64,000 nucleotides of DNA from contig JAZQCP010000013.1 of assembly GCA_045546295.1 (NCBI GenBank), positions 138,152-202,151 on the forward strand, given 5' to 3'. This stretch comes from Candidatus Nanosyncoccaceae bacterium (GTDB taxonomy: Bacteria > Patescibacteriota > Saccharimonadia > Saccharimonadales > Saccharimonadaceae). Both the position numbers and the translations under genes were made by a program. The notes under the pieces were generated by a model. The model was not told the origin of the DNA. It saw only the letters and a list, made by a program, of their open reading frames with translations, and did not search any database. Of the stretch, positions 17,383 to 27,574 are shown in pieces. Every line of letters starts with the position of its first letter. The first letter of the stretch is position 1.

Positions 17383-20259
17383 ATGGCAAATAAATCTTCG
17401 ATAGACAATCAGAATGTGATTAGGATTCGTGGCGCACGGGCTAATAATCTCAAGAATATTGATATTGATATTCCGCGCGACAAGCTAGTCGTAATAACAG
17501 GACTTTCCGGCTCTGGTAAGTCTTCCCTGGCCTTCGATACGATTTATGCCGAGGGGCAACGTCGTTATGTGGAATCCCTGTCTTCTTATGCGCGAATGTT
17601 TTTGGGCGTAATGGATAAGCCAGACGTAGATATGATTACGGGTCTTTCGCCGGCGATTTCGATTGACCAGAAGTCCACCTCGCGCAACCCGCGCTCGACC
17701 GTAGCTACGGTGACTGAGATTTATGATTACTTGCGTCTGCTGTTTGCACGTATTGGTGTGCCACATTGTCCAATTTGTCACTCTGAAGTGGCGCGTCGGA
17801 CAGTGCAGGATATTATTGACCAGGTGATGGCTTGGCCAACCGCATCGAAGCTAATGGTGTTGGCGCCGATAGTTTCGCAAAAGAAAGGCTCTTTTTCGCA
17901 TATTGGCGAGCAGTATTTGGCTAAGGGCTTTGCGCGAGCGCGTGTGGATGGCGTGATTTATGCTCTCGATGAATGGCCAGAACTAGACAAGAATCTGCGT
18001 CATGATATTGAGATTATTGTGGATCGTTTCGTAATGGCACCAGATTTGGAAAGCCGTGTCTCGCAGTCGGTTGAGCAGGCTTTGGATTTGGGCGATGGCA
18101 TTATGCAAGTTTTATGCATTAAGGATAACTCGACGGCGATTGGCCAGAACAATATCAATACTAACGGTGCGGAGATTGTTACCTATTCGCAACGTTATGC
18201 CTGCCCAAACCACCCAGACGAATTAATCCCAGAATTAGAGCCGCGCCTCTTCTCTTTTAATGCGCCACAAGGCGCCTGTCCGACTTGCACTGGTCTTGGT
18301 ACGCGGATGGAGATTGATCCGTCACTAGTTTTGAACCCAAATCTGACGATTGCTGAAGGTGGAATCCGTCCATATAACCGTATCAACCAGGATTCTTGGT
18401 GGCTAAAACGCCTAACGGCCGTGGGCGAAAAACACGGTTTTTCTACGCGCGTGCCAATTCGTGAACTATCCGAAGACGCGATTCGTAAGATTCTTTATGG
18501 TACAGGTGACGATAAATATCATGTGAGGCTAAGCAACGGATATGAATATGATTCAGTTTACGAAGGGGTTATTCCGAACCTCGAAAAACGTCATCGCGAA
18601 ACAGAATCGGATTTTGTGCGTAAGGATATCGAACGTTTTATGCGCGAGCGAGTTTGCCAGACTTGCCATGGGGCGCGCCTAAAACCAGTAGTGCTAGCGA
18701 TTACGATTCATGATTTAAACATCATGGATATGTGCGCGATGGATGTGGATCAGACTTTGGATGTGCTAAATTCAGATTTGGGCTTGACTGAAAATGAAGA
18801 AATAATTGCGCGGCCAATCTTGAAGGAAATTAAGGCGCGCGTAGGTTTTATGAAAGATGTTGGCTTGAATTATCTTGAGCTTGGGCGTTCGGCGGCAACG
18901 TTGTCGGGTGGTGAAGCGCAGCGCATTCGCTTGGCGACGCAGATTGGTTCTGGCCTGCAGGGGGTGCTTTATGTACTAGATGAGCCGTCGATTGGTTTAC
19001 ACCAGCGCGACAATGACCGTTTGATTGCGACATTAAAGCATTTGCGCGACCTGAAGAATACTGTAATAGTAGTTGAGCACGATACGGATACGATAAAACA
19101 GGCAGATTATTTGATAGATATTGGTCCAGGCGCCGGCGTGCATGGCGGCAAAGTAGTTTCGGCTGGTACGCCCGATGAGGTGGCGAAAGATCCAAATTCT
19201 GTGACGGGAAAGTATCTTTGCGGTAAAGCAAAAATAGAGGTACCCAAGAAACGCCGCAAGCCGTCTGGGAAGTTCTTGGAAGTAATCGGTGCGCATGAAA
19301 ATAATCTCAAAAATATCGACGTGAAGTTTCCGTTGGGCGTACTAACTGTTGTTTCTGGCGTGTCTGGTTCTGGTAAATCTACCTTGGTAAATGAGATTTT
19401 GGCAAATGAATTACTGGCACGATTAAATCGCGCGCAGACTGTACCGGGTGCACATGAGCGGATTGACGGCATTGAGTATCTTAATAAGGTGATTGTAATT
19501 GATCAATCGCCGATTGGTCGCACGCCACGCTCAAATGCGGCTACTTATACAGGAGTCTTTAATTATATTCGTGATTTATTTGCCGAGCAGCCAGAGGCGC
19601 AAGTGCGTGGCTATAAGCCTGGTCGCTTCTCTTTCAATGTTAAAGGTGGACGTTGCGAGAACTGCCAGGGTGACGGTGTAATAAAGATTGAAATGCATTT
19701 CTTGCCAGATGTATTTGTAACCTGCGATGCTTGTCATGGTAAACGCTACAATCGTGAAGCGTTGGAAGTTAAGTTTAAAGGCAAAACGATTGCGGATGTG
19801 CTTGAAATGACGGTAGATGAGGCGGTAGATTTCTTCAAGAATTTGCCGTCAATTGCGGGAAAATTACAGACATTACAAGAAGTTGGCTTAGGGTATATTC
19901 GTCTGGGTCAGCCCGCTACGACATTTTCTGGTGGCGAGGCGCAGCGCATTAAGCTTGCGACGGAATTGAGTCGCCGATCGACTGGCAGGACCTTGTATAT
20001 CTTGGATGAGCCGACTACAGGCCTGCACTCAGATGACGTTAAGAGATTGTTGTCGATTTTACAACGTTTAGTATCTGGTGGTAATTCGATGATAGTGATT
20101 GAGCATAATCTAGATGTAATAAAAAGTGCGGATTGGATTATCGATATGGGTCCTGAGGGTGGCCAGGGTGGCGGTAAAGTGGTAGCTACGGGTACGCCGG
20201 AAGACGTTGCGCGTAACTCGAAGTCTGAAACTGGTAAGTATTTGAAGGATATCCTATAA
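17383..20259 (+). CDS. uvrA: excinuclease ABC subunit A
   Basis: Two ABC modules ([24 protein letters not shown], two LSGGE signatures) and zinc fingers ([31 protein letters not shown]). Start set at MANKSS. Confidence 0.95.
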   Translation: MANKSSIDNQNVIRIRGARANNLKNIDIDIPRDKLVVITGLSGSGKSSLAFDTIYAEGQRRYVESLSSYARMFLGVMDKPDVDMITGLSPAISIDQKSTSRNPRSTVATVTEIYDYLRLLFARIGVPHCPICHSEVARRTVQDIIDQVMAWPTASKLMVLAPIVSQKKGSFSHIGEQYLAKGFARARVDGVIYALDEWPELDKNLRHDIEIIVDRFVMAPDLESRVSQSVEQALDLGDGIMQVLCIKDNSTAIGQNNINTNGAEIVTYSQRYACPNHPDELIPELEPRLFSFNAPQGACPTCTGLGTRMEIDPSLVLNPNLTIAEGGIRPYNRINQDSWWLKRLTAVGEKHGFSTRVPIRELSEDAIRKILYGTGDDKYHVRLSNGYEYDSVYEGVIPNLEKRHRETESDFVRKDIERFMRERVCQTCHGARLKPVVLAITIHDLNIMDMCAMDVDQTLDVLNSDLGLTENEEIIARPILKEIKARVGFMKDVGLNYLELGRSAATLSGGEAQRIRLATQIGSGLQGVLYVLDEPSIGLHQRDNDRLIATLKHLRDLKNTVIVVEHDTDTIKQADYLIDIGPGAGVHGGKVVSAGTPDEVAKDPNSVTGKYLCGKAKIEVPKKRRKPSGKFLEVIGAHENNLKNIDVKFPLGVLTVVSGVSGSGKSTLVNEILANELLARLNRAQTVPGAHERIDGIEYLNKVIVIDQSPIGRTPRSNAATYTGVFNYIRDLFAEQPEAQVRGYKPGRFSFNVKGGRCENCQGDGVIKIEMHFLPDVFVTCDACHGKRYNREALEVKFKGKTIADVLEMTVDEAVDFFKNLPSIAGKLQTLQEVGLGYIRLGQPATTFSGGEAQRIKLATELSRRSTGRTLYILDEPTTGLHSDDVKRLLSILQRLVSGGNSMIVIEHNLDVIKSADWIIDMGPEGGQGGGKVVATGTPEDVARNSKSETGKYLKDIL

Positions 20260-20344
20260 ACGAGACATATCTAGAGGCGCTTACGCTTGTCATCCCCTGT
20301 TATTTAGGGTAAAATATGCACAAGGATAAAATAGGAAAAATTTT

Positions 20345-21010
20345 ATGAGCGAAGATAAATTGTCTCTCGCAAAACGCGAGTTGACTGGTAAAAAAGTTAA
20401 AGGTTTGCGCGAACAAGGATTAATTCCTTCTGTTGTGTTCGGTGGCGGTAATGACCCTATTTTGACGCAATCACCTTACAATGAGACTGAGAAAGTTCTT
20501 TTGAACGCTGGCTATCACTCGCCAATTGATTTGGATATTGCTGGCAAAAAACAGATGGCGCTAGTAAAGGTCGTTCATCTTGATCCTGTGAAAGGAACGA
20601 TTCAGAACGTTGAATTTCAGGCAATCTCCGCAAATCAGGTCGTAGAGGCGACTACTCCGATTGAAATCGTTGACTTTGAAAAGTCTGACGCCAGCAAGGC
20701 TCACTTGACAATTCTTCAGGTTATGGAGGAAATTGACGTCAAGGCTAAGCCGGCCGATCTTCCAGAGGCTATTATTGTCGACGCTTCTGGATTAAAGACC
20801 GTTGAAGATGGTATTACGATTGCTGATCTTAAGCTCCCGAAGGGTGTTGAATTAGCTGACAAAGAGCTCGATCCAGAAACCGCCATTGCAAATGTCTATG
20901 ATCCAGCACAAGAAGCCGCCGACCGCGAGGCTGAGGCGGAAGCTGATAAAGCTGCCGAAGAGGCTCGCGCTGCAGAAGCGGAAGCTGCCGCAAGCGAAAA
21001 GGCCGAATAA
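20345..21010 (+). CDS. rplY: 50S ribosomal protein L25/general stress protein Ctc
   Basis: 221 aa. L25/Ctc N-terminal beta-barrel region (GKKVKGLREQGLIPSVVFG) with an acidic Ala/Glu tail. Promoter TTGTCA-17-TAAAAT at 20287-20315. Confidence 0.9.
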   Translation: MSEDKLSLAKRELTGKKVKGLREQGLIPSVVFGGGNDPILTQSPYNETEKVLLNAGYHSPIDLDIAGKKQMALVKVVHLDPVKGTIQNVEFQAISANQVVEATTPIEIVDFEKSDASKAHLTILQVMEEIDVKAKPADLPEAIIVDASGLKTVEDGITIADLKLPKGVELADKELDPETAIANVYDPAQEAADREAEAEADKAAEEARAAEAEAAASEKAE

Positions 21011-21032
21011 GACTATTCTAGTTTTGGTAAAG

Positions 21033-21057
21033 CAGGACATTAAGTGTCCTGTTTTTT
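21033..21057 (+). terminator. intrinsic terminator after rplY
   Basis: The 7-bp stem CAGGACA/TGTCCTG has a 5-nt loop and a T-run at 21052-21057. Confidence 0.8.
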
Positions 21058-21153
21058 GTTATTATATCTGTATAATAGGACATTTGACCGCCATATTTTT
21101 GCATTATAATGGTCAATTAGTTATAATGGCGTAAATAATGAGGACAAAGACAG

Positions 21154-21732
21154 ATGAGACACGAGGTTGCTAGCTATAATACCAGAAGACTTCTTTCCAC
21201 TACCCTAAAGACTATTATGAAAGAAAAAGATCTTTCTAAGATATCCATAAGCGAAGTGGCCGAGGCGGCGAAGGTGAATCGAAAGACTTTTTACTACCAT
21301 TTTAATGACATTTATGATTTATTAGCTTGGACCTTGGAGACTGAATCAATAAATCTAGTGCGCTCTTTTGATCTAACAGTTGACTATAAGAGAGCGATAA
21401 AAATTACGCTTGACTATATGGAGCAAAATTCGGAATTTATGGGTAATATAATGAAGTCGTATGCGCGAAACGAGGTGCGACACTTCTTGTATAAGGATCT
21501 TCACGACATATTCCTCAAGACAATAAAGGATATTGCCAAGCGGAATAATGCCTTTATCGAAAAAGAATATGCTGATTTTATTTCTGGCTTCTCGACTGAG
21601 GCTATAGCGGGCATGATTATGCACTGGGTGAGCAATCCGGTTTCTTTTGAGCGCGCGAAGGTCGAGAAATACTTGGCGCGCATATTTCGTGTCACGGTCG
21701 AAAATTTGATTGAAGAAGAAGCTAGGCGCTAA
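21154..21732 (+). CDS. TetR/AcrR-family transcriptional regulator (DhaS-like subgroup)
   Basis: 192 aa with HTH ISISEVAEAAKVNRKTFYYHFNDIYDLLAW. Confidence 0.85.
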   Translation: MRHEVASYNTRRLLSTTLKTIMKEKDLSKISISEVAEAAKVNRKTFYYHFNDIYDLLAWTLETESINLVRSFDLTVDYKRAIKITLDYMEQNSEFMGNIMKSYARNEVRHFLYKDLHDIFLKTIKDIAKRNNAFIEKEYADFISGFSTEAIAGMIMHWVSNPVSFERAKVEKYLARIFRVTVENLIEEEARR

Positions 21733-21792
21733 AAAACTCCTTCGTGGAGGCGCTTTTTTTAGTTCTTTCATTTAGTAAGAAATATTGACAAG

Positions 21793-21817
21793 AAAAAGTC
21801 TCCCCTGATGGGGAGAC
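21793..21817 (-). terminator. intrinsic terminator of the polyacidic-protein gene
   Basis: The 8-bp stem GTCTCCCC/GGGGAGAC has a 4-nt loop, with a T-run on the minus strand (reverse complement of 21793-21797). Confidence 0.8.
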
Positions 21818-21840
21818 TGCAAGTGGTTGGCGTTAGGTAA

Positions 21841-22170
21841 TTAGCGAATAATGTGTCGTACTCCGAAATAATCCGTAATACCTTCCTCGTCACCAATTGT
21901 CAGGTCTTCGTCGTAGAAGTATTCCTCCTCTTCCTCTTCGCCTCCTTCGTCTTCGTAATCATCTTCGCCGCCTTCTTCGTCGTCTTCGTCGTCTTCGTAG
22001 TCTTCGCCGTCATAGTCATCATCGTCGTAGCCGCCATCGTCGTCGTAGTCATGGCCGTTGTTGTGGCCGGAAAGACCGTTCGTGATTTTGGCGGCGATCA
22101 TTCCCGTGATAATTCCCGCGATGAAAGAACATGCGAGAGTGATTGCATACAAGATAATTTCTTTGCCCAT
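21841..22170 (-). CDS. membrane-anchored polyacidic (D/E/Y/G-rich) small protein
   Basis: 109 aa. One N-terminal TM segment (ILYAITLACSFIAGIITGMIAA), then about 65 residues that are almost exclusively D/E/G/Y. GAGGAGGG RBS plus own promoter and terminator. Confidence 0.7.
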   Translation of the reverse strand: MGKEIILYAITLACSFIAGIITGMIAAKITNGLSGHNNGHDYDDDGGYDDDDYDGEDYEDDEDDEEGGEDDYEDEGGEEEEEEYFYDEDLTIGDEEGITDYFGVRHIIR

Positions 22171-22237
22171 ATTTTTCCCTCCTCTAATATGAACCTCAGT
22201 TAAAAGTACCGTAGCTAAGAGACGCTAGACCTTTTTT

Positions 22238-22266
22238 ATATTACAATAGAATGGATATTCTGTCAA
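22238..22266 (-). promoter_or_regulatory. promoter TTGACA-17-TAATAT for the polyacidic-protein gene
   Basis: Minus-strand TTGACA is the reverse complement of 22261-22266, and TAATAT that of 22238-22243. The spacer is 17 nt. Confidence 0.6.
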
Positions 22267-22305
22267 GAGTATCATATGATTTATTCAAAGAAGTTGGAAA
22301 GTAAT

Positions 22306-22336
22306 AAAAAACCGCATCTGTAAAGAATGCGGTTTT
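22306..22336 (-). terminator. intrinsic terminator after the aldolase fusion gene
   Basis: The 8-bp stem AACCGCAT/ATGCGGTT has a 9-nt loop and is flanked by an A-run and a T-run. Confidence 0.75.
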
Positions 22337-22359
22337 AAATGATATGAAAGTCCTGTTAA

Positions 22360-24201
22360 TTATTTGCGCCGTAGGGCTTCGCAATTGGCGATGAGGCGCT
22401 CGCGAAAACCGGCACGAGCCGCATCGGCGTTCTCGTTATTCCCTTTCCAGGCGTTAAGTGCGGGATCTTGGAGTGCACGCGCAAACGAGAAGGTGACTGG
22501 CCATGGGAACGGACCGTTATTGGTGACCTCCTGAAGATTGTCGGTAGCTTGCGTGACACTTTGACCGCCGCTAAGGAAGACTACGCCGGCAAGATTGCTC
22601 GGAACGTGTGCCTTTAGTACGTCGGCAGTGGCTTTGCCTACTTCGGCTGGGGTGGACTGTGTATGATAGCGCTTGCCTGCAAGCACCATGTTAACTTTTA
22701 GGATACAACCTGGTAGACTGACGTTTTTATTCTTGAGCTCTTCAAATAAGGCATCAAGAATTTGCCCGGTAAATTCTATGTTCTTTTCGATTGGATAATC
22801 GCCATCGTAGACTAGCTCTGGTTCCACAATTGGCACAATGCCAGCGTTTTGACAGTCAAGTGCGTATTGGGCAAGAATTTCGGCATTTTTGCGAATTGCC
22901 ATTTGGCTAGGACTATGATCGGTTATTTCGAAAGCGGCGCGCCATTTTGCGAAGCGGGCGCCCATTTGGTAATATTCGGCGAGGCGATCTGATAGACCAT
23001 CGAGACCTTTGGTGTATTTTTCGTCAGTGCCATCGATAGGTTCGAGGCCTTGGTCCACTTTGATGCCAGGCAGAATGCCCTTGTCGGCCAAGAATGTGAC
23101 AAAATCGCGACCATCGTCGGATTGTTGACGGGCGGTTTCGTCGAAAAGAATAACGCCATTGACGAATTTCTCGAGATCTGGGGTAGTAAAGAAAAGATTT
23201 CGATAATCGCGACGATGTTGCTCGTCGTCGGGAATGTTCATACCTTCAAATTTCTTATGGATAGAGCCGCCGGATTCGTCGGCAGCGAGGATGCCGCGGC
23301 CTTCGGAAACTAGTCTTTTTGCGTTAGATTCTACTTCGAGCATTTTATCCTCCTTTGGATTGTGTTTTTCGACGCGATAGAAATCGTCGGATATTTCTTC
23401 TTCGAGTGTTGAGATGTTAGAGCTAGAACTTAGGATTGAGCGTTCGATGTTGGCGCGCGCTAGAAGTAAAGCTTCGTCAACATCTTTCCCAAGTACAAGT
23501 GCACCGAAAACAGAGGCACCAATGGTTAGATGTGAGCTAAGATGTGTCATGAGGTCTTGACGATCTTCGAGTTGCCAGCGAACGCGTTTGCCCATATATT
23601 CGATATGATGTGGCGTAATGACAACTAAGTTCTCGACATTTTGATTGAGCTTTGTATCTGTAGTAACGATACTGGCGCGATTGATAAGTTCGCGCATATG
23701 ATTGGCATTAACGTTGCTATATTTGCCGACGAATAATGCTAATTTGCTCTGGTGATTTAGATTTAGATATTCGATGAGTTCTTCGGCAAGTTTTGGCGAG
23801 ATGCTGGCGCTGCGGTCGGCGTAGATCCAGTCGACGCTTTCTTTGGGAATTTCCCAGGTGGTTTGTTTGTAGTTACTAGGGCTAAGATAGCTGACGTGGC
23901 GGTCTTGGCAAAGAATATATCGATAAACGATATTGGTGTCTTTGACGATAAATTGCCCATCCAGGAACTTCGCTGAGGTATTTGCGATTTCGGCGGTTAG
24001 CCCAAAACGCGTCAATACTTCTAGGCTGATGCTAGCGCCACCAAAAATGGAGACACGGTTGTAGTATTTATGCGTGGAACCGTCAAAAGCGAAATCTAGC
24101 CATTTGATATCGTTTTGGTCGGTCTCGAATTTGTTTTGGCGATTATCGAGGCGCAGATAAACGTCTTTCGTGATATTGCCAACAATCAAAATGTTGCTCA
24201 T
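22360..24201 (-). CDS. fba: fusion protein: degenerate PfkB/ribokinase-like N-domain + class I fructose-bisphosphate aldolase
   Basis: 613 aa. The C-terminal ~330 aa carry GILAADESGGS and ILKVNMV (Schiff-base Lys region) of class I FBA. The N-terminal ~285 aa begin ILIVGNITKDVYL ... FGGASISLEVLTRFG like PfkB kinases, but lack the GAGD motif (TIGASVFGALVLG). Leaderless-type start: TGcTACAAT -10 at 24208-24216, 6 nt spacer, ATG at 24201. Confidence 0.8.
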   Translation of the reverse strand: MSNILIVGNITKDVYLRLDNRQNKFETDQNDIKWLDFAFDGSTHKYYNRVSIFGGASISLEVLTRFGLTAEIANTSAKFLDGQFIVKDTNIVYRYILCQDRHVSYLSPSNYKQTTWEIPKESVDWIYADRSASISPKLAEELIEYLNLNHQSKLALFVGKYSNVNANHMRELINRASIVTTDTKLNQNVENLVVITPHHIEYMGKRVRWQLEDRQDLMTHLSSHLTIGASVFGALVLGKDVDEALLLARANIERSILSSSSNISTLEEEISDDFYRVEKHNPKEDKMLEVESNAKRLVSEGRGILAADESGGSIHKKFEGMNIPDDEQHRRDYRNLFFTTPDLEKFVNGVILFDETARQQSDDGRDFVTFLADKGILPGIKVDQGLEPIDGTDEKYTKGLDGLSDRLAEYYQMGARFAKWRAAFEITDHSPSQMAIRKNAEILAQYALDCQNAGIVPIVEPELVYDGDYPIEKNIEFTGQILDALFEELKNKNVSLPGCILKVNMVLAGKRYHTQSTPAEVGKATADVLKAHVPSNLAGVVFLSGGQSVTQATDNLQEVTNNGPFPWPVTFSFARALQDPALNAWKGNNENADAARAGFRERLIANCEALRRK

Positions 24202-24236
24202 GCTTTTATTGTAGCATAAGCGTCTCTTATCCGTAT

Positions 24237-24989
24237 CTAGTTGTCTAATATGCGGTAATAACGGTTGACTGTGTAGTCGATAGCTGGATATTTGTCGCTA
24301 TAGCCAAGCATCTCGTTAATGGCGTGATCGACGTCATAGGCGATGTCGATTTGTTCATACGAGACTTTACTAGGCGATATTTCGAGAATACCAACACTGG
24401 CGGCTTCAATACCGATAGGGCACCCGACGCTGCCAGGGTTAATAAATAGTTTGCCATCGTGTGTTTTGGTAGTGCAACGGATATGCGTGTGCCCGAAGAG
24501 AAAGATGTCGGCATCGATGTTTTTGAAGATTAGTTTGCATTGGGTGCTATCGGGTCGGAAGTAAAACTTGCGATAGTTTCCGAGCTGATCAAGTGGGTAA
24601 TGGCTGACGTAAATTTTGCTCCCCTCCACTTCTACGGTCTGTTGTTGCGAAAACTGGCGAAGGAAATTGATTGATGTGTTGCTGATTTGTTCATGGTTCC
24701 ATTTAAATAAATCTATGATTTCTGGAGGGAGCATTTCTTGGTTTTCGTCGTTGTGGTTATGGATAGGTAAGGCTTTCAATAAGTAATTTTCGTGATTTCC
24801 GTGAACCATTGCTAAGATTTGGTTTTGGTGCTCCATGATAAGCTGAACACATTCTTCTGGATGCGCGCCTAGACCGATTACGTCGCCAAGACAAATGAAC
24901 TTATCGACGTTGCGTTCTTGGAATTCTTGAAAAACAGCACGCAATGCGTCGATATTACTATGCACGTCAGAAATAATCCCAATTCGCAA
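24237..24989 (-). CDS. metallophosphoesterase (YfcE/MJ0936-like)
   Basis: 250 aa with the motifs DVHSN, GDVIGLG, GNHENY and GHTH. TTG start 7 nt after GAGGAG. Confidence 0.85.
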   Translation of the reverse strand: MRIGIISDVHSNIDALRAVFQEFQERNVDKFICLGDVIGLGAHPEECVQLIMEHQNQILAMVHGNHENYLLKALPIHNHNDENQEMLPPEIIDLFKWNHEQISNTSINFLRQFSQQQTVEVEGSKIYVSHYPLDQLGNYRKFYFRPDSTQCKLIFKNIDADIFLFGHTHIRCTTKTHDGKLFINPGSVGCPIGIEAASVGILEISPSKVSYEQIDIAYDVDHAINEMLGYSDKYPAIDYTVNRYYRILDN

Positions 24990-25019
24990 AACAGTTCTCC
25001 TCTCTTCAATGATTGTTTT

Positions 25020-25048
25020 ATTATATCAAATTTTTATATTTTTGTCAA
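25020..25048 (-). promoter_or_regulatory. consensus promoter TTGACA-17-TATAAT for the metallophosphoesterase gene
   Basis: Minus-strand TTGACA is the reverse complement of 25043-25048, and TATAAT that of 25020-25025. The spacer is 17 nt. Confidence 0.65.
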
Positions 25049-25058
25049 GATGCTAATG

Positions 25059-27509
25059 TTAGAGTTTACCCCAATCTTGCCCCGTTGTGACATCTACGGC
25101 AAGCTTGACGGGTAACTCTGGCGCTACATTTTCCATGCAGGATTTTAGCGTCTTTGTCACTTCGTCGGCAATTCCTTTTTCGCACTCGATAATCATAGAG
25201 TCGTGAACTTGTAAAATGAGCTTTGCGCCGTTTGGGAGCCGTTTATCTACGGCGAGCATAGCTTTCTTCATCAGATCGGCCTCTGTGCCTTGAATTGGCA
25301 TATTGCCGGCAGCGCGTTCGGCGGCGGCACGGACTAGATGGTTTGGCGCTCCGAGATCAGGGGTGGGGCGACGACGGCCAAACATGGTCTCGACGTATCC
25401 GTGCGTGCGGCCAAAATCTAGCGTGTCGTCAAGATATTTGCGCATTGGCGCGCGGAGCTTAAAGTAGCTGTCGATAAATCGTTTTGCTTCATAAAATGTC
25501 ATACCGGCGGCGTCGGACAATCCTTTAGGGCTCATGCCATACAGAACGCCGAAGTTGATGACTTTGGCGGCGCGACGTTGCGCTTTTGTGACCTGCTCCA
25601 TTGGAATATGAAAAGCGTCGGCGGCGGTCTTAGTATGGATATCGAGGCCGGCATTAAAATCGTCGATTAGCTTTTGATCTCCAGATAAGGCTGCGGCTAG
25701 GCGTAGCTCGAATTGGGCATAATCAGCGGAAATGAAAACTTTGCCAGCTTCGGCCGTAAAACAGCCACGAATTCGTTTGCCATCATCGCTGCGTACGGGG
25801 ATATTTTGTAGATTTGGGTTAATACTGGAAAGGCGGCCCGTAGCAGTAACATCTTGTGTGTAAGTGGTATGAATGCGATGATTCTCATCGGCGAGGTTCG
25901 GGAGTGGATTGATGTAGGTGCTGAGAAGTTTGCCAACTTCGCGATAACGCTCGATAAGAGGGATTATTTCGTGTTTGTCGCGGAGTTTATCGAGCTCCTT
26001 GGCACCCGTAGAGTATGCGCGCTGAGTCTTCTTGATTCCTTGTGTTGGTAGGGCGAGCTTTTCGAAGAGAATCTGTGAGAGTTGAATGGGCGAGTTGATA
26101 TTAAAACTCTGGCCAGACATTGTGTAGATTTTTTGCTCGAGTTCGGCGATTTCGGCGGAGAATTCCTTTTTGAGCGCATCGAAACGATCGGACGATATTG
26201 CGACGCCCTCTTTCTCCATCTTATAGAGTACAGGGATGAGTGGCATATCGAATTCGGTGGCTATTTTTTCAAGCTTGGGAATAGCAGCCAGTTGCTGGCG
26301 CTGTTGAATGTAGCGCGTTTGGGGGTCGACTGGCTTAATTAAGAGCATTTGCTCGGTCTTTCTAGCTAGGGGGTCGAGTAAGAAATCGACTTGCCCTAAG
26401 TCCCAAAACGGACGGCCGTTGAGGATTTCCTCGGCTAGTTCTGGCCGATCGTGCATATCAGCTTTTACGTCGTAAGAGACGTATAGGTTATCGGGTATTT
26501 TCACTTCGATATCTGCGGGTGGCGGCAGAATGTCGGTTGGAATCTTGCTCGGCGTCTGTGGTGTCTTTTTTACAACAGGGGCTTTTGTGGTTGGTGTTGT
26601 AATTTTTGCAACGTTATCTAGCTTTGTGTTTGGGAATAGTTTTATGAATTTGCGAATTAGGGAGTTGAATTGTAGTTTTTGAAGCTCGGAAACGACCTTT
26701 TCGGGGTTGAAATCTGCTAGTTTGGTGGATTCTGGGTCGAATTCAACTGGTGCGTCGAACTGAATTTGAGCAAGTCGTTTACTAATGAATGCTAATTCTT
26801 TGCCGTCGCGAAGTTTTGTGCCGGTGGCGCCGGAGATTTCGTCAATATGCGCATAAAGGTTTTCGAGGGTCTCGTACTCTTGAAGTAATTTGACGGCGCC
26901 TTTCTCGCCAATACCAGGCACGCCAGGGATATTGTCCGAGGAGTCGCCTTTTAGCGATTTAAGATCGAGGAATTGTGATTTTTTGAGGCCGTATTTTGCT
27001 TCGACGTCCGGAATGTTAAATTCCGCAACGTCCGAAAAACCGCGCTTGAGTTGATACATTTTGATGTGCTCGTCTACGATTTGGAGCATATCGAGATCGC
27101 CAGAAATGATTTCGACACGCTTATCTGCCGCTTGTGCTTTGCGAGCAAGCGTGCCGATTATGTCGTCTGCTTCGTAATCATCAAATTCGTATAGTGGGAT
27201 GTGGAAAGCCTCGAGCAATTCCATAAGATAAGGTATTTGGGCGTAAAAATCTGGCGGTGCCGGTTTGCGGTTTGCTTTGTAGTCGGCATAAATGGCGCGA
27301 CGACTGCGAATATTGGTCTTGGATTTATCCCATGCGACGGCAATATACTCTGGTTCAAGTTTCTCGATGATTTCAATCAGCATGGTAGCAAAGCCAAATA
27401 CGCCACCAGTCGGCGTACCGTCCGGTAAAGATAGGTGTCCCATGGCGTAGTAGCCGCGATAGAATACGCTTTTGCCGTCAATAATAGTGAGATTTTCGCG
27501 TTCGTCCAT
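25059..27509 (-). CDS. polA: DNA polymerase I
   Basis: 816 aa. N-terminal 5'-3' exonuclease domain, then pol motifs SADYAQFELR (A), RRAAKVINFGVLYG (B) and QVHDS (C). GAGGAG RBS. Confidence 0.95.
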   Translation of the reverse strand: MDERENLTIIDGKSVFYRGYYAMGHLSLPDGTPTGGVFGFATMLIEIIEKLEPEYIAVAWDKSKTNIRSRRAIYADYKANRKPAPPDFYAQIPYLMELLEAFHIPLYEFDDYEADDIIGTLARKAQAADKRVEIISGDLDMLQIVDEHIKMYQLKRGFSDVAEFNIPDVEAKYGLKKSQFLDLKSLKGDSSDNIPGVPGIGEKGAVKLLQEYETLENLYAHIDEISGATGTKLRDGKELAFISKRLAQIQFDAPVEFDPESTKLADFNPEKVVSELQKLQFNSLIRKFIKLFPNTKLDNVAKITTPTTKAPVVKKTPQTPSKIPTDILPPPADIEVKIPDNLYVSYDVKADMHDRPELAEEILNGRPFWDLGQVDFLLDPLARKTEQMLLIKPVDPQTRYIQQRQQLAAIPKLEKIATEFDMPLIPVLYKMEKEGVAISSDRFDALKKEFSAEIAELEQKIYTMSGQSFNINSPIQLSQILFEKLALPTQGIKKTQRAYSTGAKELDKLRDKHEIIPLIERYREVGKLLSTYINPLPNLADENHRIHTTYTQDVTATGRLSSINPNLQNIPVRSDDGKRIRGCFTAEAGKVFISADYAQFELRLAAALSGDQKLIDDFNAGLDIHTKTAADAFHIPMEQVTKAQRRAAKVINFGVLYGMSPKGLSDAAGMTFYEAKRFIDSYFKLRAPMRKYLDDTLDFGRTHGYVETMFGRRRPTPDLGAPNHLVRAAAERAAGNMPIQGTEADLMKKAMLAVDKRLPNGAKLILQVHDSMIIECEKGIADEVTKTLKSCMENVAPELPVKLAVDVTTGQDWGKL

Positions 27510-27574
27510 GGTGCTCCTCGCTTGCTACTTTTTGTATCCTCTTTATTATATAACAGTTTAAGATAAAAACGCCG

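Noticed and set aside
21061-21153. TTGACC...GGTCAA inverted repeat and repeated AGGACATT upstream of the TetR gene, considered as an operator
   Set aside because: It has only 6-bp arms with a 21-nt spacer in an AT-rich region full of -10-like hexamers. That is too weak to call.
21853-22203. 116-aa and 62-aa plus-strand ORFs opposite the polyacidic gene
   Set aside because: They are mirror images of the GAn/GAC repeats, giving poly-V/F or poly-R products. Promoter, RBS and terminator all support the minus-strand gene.
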